From NCBI GenBank assembly GCA_963663965.2, contig CAXXFK010000028.1:352001-416000 (forward strand): a stretch of DNA of 64,000 nt, written 5' to 3'. Both the position numbers and the translations under genes were made by a program. This document shows, piece after piece, positions 39,995 to 48,836 of the stretch; within the stretch, counting starts at the first letter, position 1, and the number at the start of each line of letters is the position of its first letter. This stretch comes from Sedimentisphaerales bacterium (GTDB taxonomy: Bacteria > Planctomycetota > Phycisphaerae > Sedimentisphaerales > SM23-30). The notes beneath the pieces were generated by a model that saw only the letters and a list, made by a program, of their open reading frames with translations, searched no databases and was not told the origin of the DNA.

Positions 39995-40157
39995 GTAGCA
40001 CGGGCATCCTGCCCGTGATTTTTTTCCCCGTACCACGGGCATCTTGCCCGTGTTTTTCTTCCACGTAGCACCGTCATTCTGCCCGTGTTTTTCTTCCACG
40101 TAGCACCGTCATTCTGCCCATGTTTTTCTTCCACGTACTACGAGCGCTTTGCCCGTG
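39995..40157 (+). repeat. Tandem array of five GTAG-type REPs, 35-bp period
   Basis: GTAGCACGGGCATCCTGCCCGTG and variants at 39995, 40030, 40065, 40100 and 40135. Confidence 0.85.
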
Positions 40158-40354
40158 ATTTTCCTTTCCTATAATCATAACCAAACATCCAATGAGAATC
40201 TCAATCTCCCGCCTGCTCAAATCCCCCCAACCTTAACTGCACCAACAGGATACCCGGAAAATAAATTTGTTATTCCGTATATAGCCAACTTGCTTTATGA
40301 TATCAATACCTGAAATAATGATATTTGTTAGTAAACACTGGGGAGTCATTCACT

Positions 40355-41812
40355 ATGGCCAGTAAAACAAGTCATTCAAAAACCACCGGCCCTTCCCCAA
40401 TCCTTTTGTCTGTCATCAGAACCGCTTGGCTCTGTTTGCTTTCAGGATTGATCTTCTACTCCAACAGCGCAGCTGCCCGGCAGCCGCAAAGCCCCTCAAC
40501 AGTGCTTTCCCCAACGATCCAGAAAACCATTGTTGATTGGTTCCCACTGGATCATGAGCCGCTCAAAGAACTGCCCCCGGCCGTCAAAAATTTCGAACCG
40601 GTTAATAAAGATCAGGTGGAACCGCTGAAAGATGAACTCTGGCAGGCCTATCGGCAAAGCCCAACTGGCCTGGCCCTGCGCGAAACACTCCCGGCCCCGC
40701 TGCTCTTAAAAGCAGGCGACAACCCAACCCAACAGCCTCACGAACTGAAAACCGGCGACAAAACCATGCCCTTTTATTTTATCGGCAAAGGCAATCTGGA
40801 TGGCCCGCGCCCGCTCTTTATCGCCTTACATGGCGGCGGTTCCGCCGGCGGCCGGGCCCCAACCCCGCACGGCTGGTCGGTCAATACCCGCGAATGGAAC
40901 ACCCAGGCCTCCTTGGCGGCCCGGGTCTATCCTGACGATGCCCTTTATTTCGTACCCAGAATGGCCGATGACAACGACGGCCGCTGGTATTACAACTATT
41001 GTCAGGATGCTTACGACCGGATCGTGCGCGCTGCCATTGCCTTCCATCAGGTCGATCCCGACCGGGTCTATCTGATTGGCATCTCGGAAGGGGCTTATAC
41101 CGCCTACCGCCTGGGCGCCTTTATGGCGGACCGCTGGGCCGGTGCGGGCAGCATGGCCGGCGGCGAGCCGTTAAATAACGCCCCGCCCCCAAATATGCGG
41201 AACATCGCTTTTCGTGCCGACATCGGAGAAAACGATACCATGTTCGATCGGATCGGTCTGAACCGCAGATACGGCGAAGCCCTGGCTCAGCTCAAAAAGG
41301 AAGATCCCGCTGGTTTCAATTACCTCATCAACGTCCAGCCCGGCCGGGGCCATGGCATCGATTATCAACCCTGCCCCCAATGGCTTTTACAACACCATAG
41401 AAACCCCTGGCCCAGCCGCGTCACCTGGCAGGTCATCAAGGTACACGGCCGGCGTAAGGCGCAGTTCTACTGGCTCGCCCTGGACCAGGACCCGCCCCAA
41501 TACCCGCTGGCTATCGATGCCATCCTGGACCGGCAAACCATCCGCCTTACCATGGAACAAGAAACCGATAACAGTCGCGTTCAAACCAGCCAGGTTCCTT
41601 TGCGTATCTACCTCAACGATCACATGCTGGACCTCGATCAACCCGTAACCGTCATCCTGAACGGCCAACAGGTTTTCGCCGCCCGGGTTCCCCTCAAACT
41701 CGATGTTATGCTAAAAAGCCTGGCCGAACGCGGCGATCCCCGTTACCTGTTCCCAGCCGAAATTGCCATTACCCCGGCCGGTAGTCAGTTGAGTAGGATG
41801 GGCAAATTTTAA
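40355..41812 (+). CDS. Exported alpha/beta-hydrolase (esterase-like)
   Basis: Signal-like N-terminus, IALHGGG, VDPDRVYLIGISEGA (GxSxG), GRGHG. Confidence 0.75.
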   Translation: MASKTSHSKTTGPSPILLSVIRTAWLCLLSGLIFYSNSAAARQPQSPSTVLSPTIQKTIVDWFPLDHEPLKELPPAVKNFEPVNKDQVEPLKDELWQAYRQSPTGLALRETLPAPLLLKAGDNPTQQPHELKTGDKTMPFYFIGKGNLDGPRPLFIALHGGGSAGGRAPTPHGWSVNTREWNTQASLAARVYPDDALYFVPRMADDNDGRWYYNYCQDAYDRIVRAAIAFHQVDPDRVYLIGISEGAYTAYRLGAFMADRWAGAGSMAGGEPLNNAPPPNMRNIAFRADIGENDTMFDRIGLNRRYGEALAQLKKEDPAGFNYLINVQPGRGHGIDYQPCPQWLLQHHRNPWPSRVTWQVIKVHGRRKAQFYWLALDQDPPQYPLAIDAILDRQTIRLTMEQETDNSRVQTSQVPLRIYLNDHMLDLDQPVTVILNGQQVFAARVPLKLDVMLKSLAERGDPRYLFPAEIAITPAGSQLSRMGKF

Positions 41813-41917
41813 ATTTGCCCATGCTGATAGATAGAAATAGCCATGAGCGCAGCGAATACTGATGATAGAGTTATATATTGGCCAGAATAAATACAATGCT
41901 AAATGCTACATGAATAA
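41793..41917 (+). repeat. REP-headed ~125 bp direct repeat, copy 1
   Basis: GTAGGATGGGCAAATT..AATTTGCCCAT…GATAGAAATAGCCATGAGCG…AATGCTACATGAATAA. Confidence 0.8.
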
Positions 41918-41937
41918 TATGTTATTTAAGGATAGTA

Positions 41938-42372
41938 ATGAATAAAATAATTATTAAAGGTATGGCTGCCGTTTTTGATGGTGACGATAACCGTATTATT
42001 GATAAAAATACTCTTCAGAAACTTGATGGAATTATTTATGAAGATAATTTCCAAACGGACTATCTTGAACAAAATGAAATTGAATGTAGAATCCAAAATA
42101 AACTGGAGCGAAGTGGTATAATGTCATTTCACTATATTGATACAGATGAGTATTTGGAAGTGAGATCGACATTTGTTGTAAAAGAAGACTTGAATGATAA
42201 AGAATTACAATATTTATTGGAAGATACTCAAAACCAATGGTCAGATGGCATGGGAGAGAGCTTCGTTTCGATAAGTGCTCTTAAGTATGGTTATGCAATT
42301 ATGTGTCTTACTGGTGAAGATTTTGATAGAGATAATAAATATCCAATTGTTGAGATAACTGGTAACGATTAA
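41938..42372 (+). CDS. Acidic hypothetical protein, AT-rich
   Basis: 144 aa ORF with AAGGA RBS; QWSDGMGE motif. Confidence 0.7.
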   Translation: MNKIIIKGMAAVFDGDDNRIIDKNTLQKLDGIIYEDNFQTDYLEQNEIECRIQNKLERSGIMSFHYIDTDEYLEVRSTFVVKEDLNDKELQYLLEDTQNQWSDGMGESFVSISALKYGYAIMCLTGEDFDRDNKYPIVEITGND

Positions 42373-42417
42373 AGGCAGTGCTAAGTGATTTTTACACATT
42401 TTAGCAGATAAGATTGG

Positions 42418-43272
42418 ATGGATATAATGCGTAGGTGGCATAACGGTCCAGATGAAAGCTGGGAATCTTTAGATGGCAATTTTCCTGTTGCTTGTTTAGA
42501 TATTCATCCTTCAAACCAGTTTATTTCTATGCAAGTAATTTCAGATTACGGATATACAAATGAACGGGCGGCGATATGGGATGTAAAAACAAAAAATATT
42601 ATTTGGTGCCCGGATCGTGTAAATGCAATTTGTTGGATTGAAAACGGCAAGGAATTGCTAGTCCTCGAAACAAAATACGACACAACTGCCAACCGCCCTA
42701 ATTTATACGCAACACCGACAGAAAGCGAATATCAATATTTTGTTCGAAGGCTTTCATGGCCTGATTTAGATGATAGTTCTCATTTACAGATTTTTATTCC
42801 TATGGGTTGGTTAATAGATATTGTACCATCACCGATTGAGAAAAAAGCTTGTATCGTATGGCAGGACCAATGTGAGTCTGGCATTGAATTTATTTCGTGG
42901 GAGTGCGGAGTGCTTAAACAGCTAGCTGAAATGGGTTTCAAAACAAATTCCAATTTCATACAGGGGCCTGTATTCAATATAGATGGAAGTGTGTTAGCTA
43001 TGTCATTCGGAGCGGGTTGTTGGTGGTCTGATGCACCCGATGAACCTTCTAGAGGGGGAACTTTCAATATAGGCCATATAATATGGCGCGAAATGAATTC
43101 AAGTAAATATAATCGAATTAATGTTAATGTAAATGTACCAGCAGGATGGTTGCCGGATGATCCTATGGATATTTTACGTAATATGTATTTATCATCACCG
43201 ACTTTTATTAGCCCAAATGAAGTTAAAATACAACTTCCTACAAAAAAAGAACGTATTATTTCTTTATATTGA
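42418..43272 (+). CDS. Hypothetical beta-rich protein, AT-rich
   Basis: 284 aa ORF; AAIWDVKT resembles a WD40-type strand. Confidence 0.65.
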   Translation: MDIMRRWHNGPDESWESLDGNFPVACLDIHPSNQFISMQVISDYGYTNERAAIWDVKTKNIIWCPDRVNAICWIENGKELLVLETKYDTTANRPNLYATPTESEYQYFVRRLSWPDLDDSSHLQIFIPMGWLIDIVPSPIEKKACIVWQDQCESGIEFISWECGVLKQLAEMGFKTNSNFIQGPVFNIDGSVLAMSFGAGCWWSDAPDEPSRGGTFNIGHIIWREMNSSKYNRINVNVNVPAGWLPDDPMDILRNMYLSSPTFISPNEVKIQLPTKKERIISLY

Positions 43273-43295
43273 TTAACTGCCTCCTAGTCACGTAT

Positions 43296-43428
43296 TAGGA
43301 TGGGCTAATTTAAATTTGCCCATGTCCTGGATCCGCCGTGGTGCCCTGATAGAAATAGCCATGAGCGTAGCGAATACCGATGATAGAGTCATTTATAGGC
43401 TAGAATAAATACAATGCTACATGAATAA
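43296..43428 (+). repeat. REP-headed direct repeat, copy 2
   Basis: Close copy of 41793-41917 with small indels. Confidence 0.8.
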
Positions 43429-43449
43429 GGAAATCTTACCGGGCATAAT

Positions 43450-44409
43450 TTATCTGGCAGGTTCCCAAATAAAGTCCCCAGTTTTATTGATATAACCAAT
43501 CCGGGAACTTTCTATATCCTTACCGATTACAACATACGCCAAATCGCCACAAAAAGGTTGAGCGCTATCAAATATTGGATCAATAACTATAGTGCCAGAT
43601 TTATTTATATAGCCATATTTTGCTTCTTCAGTAAATTTGACAACCGCCATTCCTCCAGAAAAAGGGCCTGAATAATAGAATTGATATGGTATTACGAGTT
43701 CTCCATGATTATCAATATATCCATACGATCCGTCCCCGTAAACCATGCATAATCCTTCAGAAAATATGGGATTTGCACCTTCGAACTCGCGTTTAATAAT
43801 AATATTACCGGTCGTGTCAATAAAACAAAATAATGATTCATGGTTTAAAGATACTGCTGCCAAACCTTCAGAAAATGGATAGGCAAAATAATATTGAGGA
43901 GAAATGATATACTCACCAAACTTATTGATATAACCCCAATTTTTCTCATAATTAACCTGCGAGGGATTGCCAACTTCCGCGCAGTTTATCAAGCCTTGAG
44001 AATGATGTGATAGAAGATAAAATTTATCTGACAATACAACCTCCCCAAGTTTGTCAATAAAAGCGCCTGTTGGATAATCTGACGATTTGATAAAAGCTAA
44101 ATCGTCTTCAAAAGATCGACATGTCTGAAAGCTGATATTAATTACAACGTTTCCGTCTTTATCAATAAAGTATTTGTTTTTTCCTTTTTCCACAAGTCCT
44201 AAACCACAAGAAAATGGCCAGCACCAATCATATTTTAGAGCTACTTTTATATTCCCAGACTCATTAATATAACCCCATTTTCCATTGATCTTGACTCCTG
44301 CTAAACCTTCCGAAAAAAAGTTTGCAACATCAAATTCCAAGGGTATAGCGATATCACCTTCTGCTGTGATATACCCTTCTTTATTATTTTTAGATACTGG
44401 GTAAAGCAT
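43450..44409 (-). CDS. WG-repeat (KWG-type) protein
   Basis: Repeated FSEGLA.V….KWGYIN..G units. Confidence 0.92.
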   Translation of the reverse strand: MLYPVSKNNKEGYITAEGDIAIPLEFDVANFFSEGLAGVKINGKWGYINESGNIKVALKYDWCWPFSCGLGLVEKGKNKYFIDKDGNVVINISFQTCRSFEDDLAFIKSSDYPTGAFIDKLGEVVLSDKFYLLSHHSQGLINCAEVGNPSQVNYEKNWGYINKFGEYIISPQYYFAYPFSEGLAAVSLNHESLFCFIDTTGNIIIKREFEGANPIFSEGLCMVYGDGSYGYIDNHGELVIPYQFYYSGPFSGGMAVVKFTEEAKYGYINKSGTIVIDPIFDSAQPFCGDLAYVVIGKDIESSRIGYINKTGDFIWEPAR

Positions 44410-44610
44410 AATAATTTACATAGGATAGGTAACCTCTGGTTACCCGGTCAGGCTATAAAGATAATTGGCATCAAAGTAAATTCTTAATTAATATTTTGAA
44501 TCTGCCCATTCTGGTGAAAATGATCATATGTTAATTTTCCTGATTCTATTTTAAACACTCTTTTCCCATTTATCATAAGTCTTAATTTGCATGCTTGAGA
44601 TAAATTTACA

Positions 44611-45024
44611 TCACCGTTTATATCCTTTAAATATCATGAATGCAATTACGCACCAGAAGATGAATCCCCAAAAAGAAGTGGTCCTAGATTCTGAGCCCTT
44701 TCTTTTATATCCTTTTGATTCCATAGAATAAGATATGAAAATCAATATAACGATCAAAATGCCACCTGAAAATATAAAGAACGCAATACGTGCAGGCCAT
44801 GATAACGGTTCCTTCGCACGTTCTTTCTTAAGTTCTCTTTGCGCTTTGACATGTTCTGATATTGCATGCAATGTATCATTATCAAGATTTCGAGATTCTA
44901 ATTCTTTCTTAGCCGCCAAAATAGCTTCTGGAATGTAATCACCATCTTCAGCATAAGCTATTATTTCGTAAAGCTCTTCATTGCTTCGTTCTTGCATTGC
45001 ATTGGTAATATTCTGACCTATCAT
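44611..45024 (-). CDS. Hypothetical membrane protein
   Basis: Soluble N-terminus and two C-terminal TM segments; AAGGAG RBS. Confidence 0.75.
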   Translation of the reverse strand: MIGQNITNAMQERSNEELYEIIAYAEDGDYIPEAILAAKKELESRNLDNDTLHAISEHVKAQRELKKERAKEPLSWPARIAFFIFSGGILIVILIFISYSMESKGYKRKGSESRTTSFWGFIFWCVIAFMIFKGYKR

Positions 45025-45602
45025 TTGGATACTCCTTTGTAAAATGTGAATGACCTGAATTATACCAATTTAATATACTTTACAATATTTTGAGACCATA
45101 ACTCACAGGGCCATCGCATGAATTTTTCTTGACCTTATTTTTAGTCACAAAACGAATGTTTGGCAATTCAGCAAATTTTAACATTATAAAATACAGTGTA
45201 TATTATTTTGCTAACAACTTCCAAAATCAACATAAATCACTAATCAATAAACCATTAAGAATAAGTCTGCCGGACTTTTTTGCCTGAAACGGATCCGCTG
45301 TAAAATCATAAAAGCAAAAATATTATGTTAGATAAAATAAAAACATAATATTTTTATTGCCTTACAAGAAAACTCGGTCTATAATCCCTAAGTCGACTTA
45401 AATGATCCCGAACCACCCGCCCAACCCCGGCGTGCCCCGCCCCAACCGGCCACGCCCGCAGAGACATTCTGCGCATAAACTGTGGCACCCTCAAGCGTAG
45501 CGAAGCGCAGCTTGTGGGTGGATTTATCGCCTTGTGAGTCCCAAATTGAATAGTGCTTAACGAAAAATAAAAAACCATCCGCCTCAAGGCGGATACAAAT
45601 AA

Positions 45603-46927
45603 GGTTCTTCCGAAAAATGAGTAGTTAATGTTGCAAAAAGAGAGACATGACTTTACTGTTTGAGGAAAAAAATAAAACCTCATATTAGGAGCTAAAGTCA
45701 TGTCCACAAGTATGTTGTATCATACTTTTGGTGTTCGAGGTGTTCAATACCAAAAGACAGAATATTTTTGCGGGCAAGAGCGTGATTCACGGCATCTTGC
45801 CGGCGGATAGTCTGCGTTGCCCTTGTTGTAACTCCCGTAATTTCATTTACTTCGGTCACAAGGCCCGGAGGTTTGCCATGGTACCCGCCGGTCTGCGTCA
45901 AATGGAGTTGCTTGTCACTATTCCCCGATTGAAATGTCTGGCGTGCGGGGCCATTCGTCAGCCTCATCTGCCATTTGCCGACCCCAAGAAGCATTACACC
46001 CATGCGTTGGAACGGTATGTCATCGATTTATGTCAGGCGGCTTCCCTGCAAGAGGTGGCCCGACGGACCGGCTTAAGCTGGGATACCATCAAATCGATTC
46101 ATAAGTCCTGGCTAGGTCGACGGTACCGAAAGATTTCCCTGAAAAAGGTTCGTTATCTGGGGATTGACGAATTGTATCTGGGCAGGAAAAGCAAATACAT
46201 CTCGCTGGTAACCGACCTGGAAAGCGGACAAATCTTGCATATCGGCCAGGGCAAAGGCCAAGAGGCCCTGGTGGGATTCTGGGGGCGTGTCCGACGCAGC
46301 CGGGCGGTGATTGCCGCGGTGGCTACCGATATGGCCAGTGGTTTTATGACCAGTGTCCTGAAAGAACTGCCGCAAGCCAAACTGGTGCTGGACCATTTTC
46401 ATCTGGTCAAATGGTTTAACGACAAACTGACCAGTTTACGCCGGGATTTGTACCGGGAGGCCGATACCATGGGCAAAGCGGTACTTAAAGGCAGCCGCTG
46501 GCTGCTGCTCAAAGCGCCGGAGAACCTTAAATCCCATGCCGATAGCGCCAAAGATGAACGGCACCGGTTGCAGGAGGCTCTGCAACTCAACCAGCCGCTG
46601 GCCACCGCCTATTACATGAAAGAACGGCTCCGTCTCCTTTTTGATGCGATCACGGCTCCGCTGGCTGAACAGGAACTTAAACGCTGGATCAGCCAGGCGC
46701 AAACCAGCGGGATTCGGATCCTGCTGGATGCCGCCAAACAACTGCAACTCTGGAAACCCTTCCTGCTCAATTGGTATGACCATCCCATCAGCACCAGCAA
46801 AGTCGAAGTCAATAACCGTAAAATCGGCCTCCTGCAACGAATGGCTCATGGCTACCGCGATCAGGAATACTTCTATCTCCGGATCCATCATATCCATAAC
46901 CAAAACTACTCATTAACCGGATGAGCC
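45603..46927 (+). mobile_element. ISL3 family insertion sequence (1325 bp)
   Basis: IRL GGTTCTTCCGAAAAATGAGTAGTT; IRR (reverse complement) GGCTCATCCGGTTAATGAGTAGTT; 8-bp target duplication ACAAATAA at 45595-45602 and 46928-46935. Confidence 0.95.
45700..46924 (+). pseudogene. ISL3 transposase with frameshift near codon 23
   Basis: The MSTSMLYHTFGVRG start (ATG 45700) is out of frame with the main ORF (CPCC..C..C, GIDE, TDM, DHFH, EVNN, HGYRD). Removing one T at 45765-45769 joins them. Confidence 0.85.
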
Positions 46928-47915
46928 ACAAATAATATCTCGAAGAGATCAAAAGCGCATAGCCCGCCAATTCATTGGCGGGAATACCCGAACCAGCGTA
47001 GAAAATTTTAAACCCACGCCTCGTAGAGGCGTACCGCCAGGATATCTCGCAAAAGAGATAGATAAAACAACCATGAGCATAGCGAATACCAACACAAAAC
47101 GAAACAAAGCCAATGACAAAAAATATCACCCTAACCTCAACCATAAATTGACCTTAGCGAAATTTAAAAAATCATCCGCTCTCCGGCGGATACCCAAAGC
47201 AGCCCAACGGGCAAGTATAAAATAGCCCAGGGCAGAGCGAATCCCGATCCATCGGGATGAGCACCACCCTGGGTAACAAACATGATTTTAAAATTTTAAC
47301 CCACGCCTCGCAGAGGCGTACCGCCAGGATATCTCGCAAAAGAGATAGATAAAACCAACATGAGCGCAGCGAAAACCAACATAAAACGAAACGAAGCCAA
47401 CGATAAAAAATATCACCCTAACCTTTACAATAACAGGAGGATAACGAAATTTTATTCATACCCTGGATGCCATCTTCAAGCGCAGCTTGTGGGTGGATTT
47501 ATCGCCTTGTGAGTCCCAAATTGAATAGTGCTTAACGAAAAATATAAAACCATCCGCCTCAAGGCGGATACAAATAATATCTCGGAGACCGAAGGTCCGC
47601 CTCAGGAGGTGATCAAAAGCGCATAGCCCGCCAATTCATTGGCGGGAATACCCGAACCAGCGTAGAAAATTTTTAAACCCACGCCTCGCAGAGGCGTACC
47701 GACAGGATATCTCGCAAAAGAGATAGATAAAACTAACCATGAGCGCAGCGAATACCAACAGAAAACGAAACAAAGCCAATGGGTTAAAATATTGCCATAA
47801 CCCTAACAATATATCGAGCTTAACGAAAAATAAAAAAACCATCCGCCTTGTGGCGGATACCACAATTTTGCATTTTAAATTCTAAACTTTAAATTTCTAA
47901 ACAGGAGGTACTACC

Positions 47916-48755
47916 ATGTCATCTTCCCTAAGAAGACTACGCGCCAACCGTCGCAACGCCCAGAAATCCACCGGCCCCAAAACCCCCGAAGGCAAGGCCA
48001 TCTCATCCAGAAACGCCATCAAACACGGCCTCAGCGGCCAGGACCCCGCCCACCTCATCGTCCCCGGCGAGTCCGAACTCACCTACCTCGAATTCCGCGC
48101 CGCATTGCTGCAGGATCTCAAACCCACCACCTACCTCCAGCGCCACATCGCCGACCAGATCGTCTCGGCCGCCTGGCGCCTTGAACGCCTCGGCCGCATC
48201 GAAGCCGAAATGATCGACGCCCGCGTCTATAAACTCCGCCTCACCAACGAAGAAATCCGCAAAGACACCGTCATCGACCAGCCCTTTGCCCACTCCAGCA
48301 TCTACCTGCCACGCCACAACGAAGTCGGCACCGCCTTCACCCTCGAAACCCCCGCTTTCAACTGCCTGGCCCGCTACGAAGCCCACCTCAACCGAACCTT
48401 CCAGGCCAATCTTAAGCTCCTGCAACAGTTGCAATTACAACAAAAACCAAACGAACCCAATGCCTACCCCCCGGAGTACCCATTTCCCGATTTACCCCGC
48501 GTCCACATCCCCGACCCGCCCAGAATCCCCACGCACCCCAGCGAAGCCAAACTCGCCCCCGAATACATCAAAGACCGACTCCCCGAATTGATGAAAGACC
48601 ACAGCGTAACTGACGACCAGGTCTTCAGTTACGCCTGCAACCGCTACGAAGCCCTCAACACCTTCTCCCAGCAGAACGGCGAAGAAGCCCTCCACGCCCT
48701 CGGCATCCCCACCAAACCCCCGGCCGACATCCCCATCCAGGAGGATAAGAAATAA
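47916..48755 (+). CDS. STGP(K/R)T-motif conserved hypothetical protein
   Basis: ANRRNAQKSTGPKTPEGKAISSRNAIKHGL, WRLER, RYE, PNEPN; AGGAGG RBS. Confidence 0.8.
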   Translation: MSSSLRRLRANRRNAQKSTGPKTPEGKAISSRNAIKHGLSGQDPAHLIVPGESELTYLEFRAALLQDLKPTTYLQRHIADQIVSAAWRLERLGRIEAEMIDARVYKLRLTNEEIRKDTVIDQPFAHSSIYLPRHNEVGTAFTLETPAFNCLARYEAHLNRTFQANLKLLQQLQLQQKPNEPNAYPPEYPFPDLPRVHIPDPPRIPTHPSEAKLAPEYIKDRLPELMKDHSVTDDQVFSYACNRYEALNTFSQQNGEEALHALGIPTKPPADIPIQEDKK

Positions 48756-48836
48756 ACTAACGCCAACCACCACAACCCGAGTATTACACCCGATGGATTG
48801 AACAAAAAATTCAATCCAGCCGGACCCGCTGCGCAA

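Larger units (their letters stand above)
45486..47860. repeat. Mosaic array of several REP-like palindromes, interrupted by ISL3
   Basis: CCATCCGCC..GGCGGATAC x4, CCCACGCCTC..GAGGCGTAC x3, TATCTC..GAGATA x3, CCCGCCAAT..ATTGGCGGG x2; a ~300 bp block is duplicated. Confidence 0.85.

Noticed and set aside
39995..40157. CRISPR array
   Set aside because: The ~12-nt linkers are nearly identical T-rich sequences, not unique spacers.
41793..45350. Classical integron cassette array
   Set aside because: No integrase, no clear attC R-box pattern, and the ORFs are in mixed orientation.
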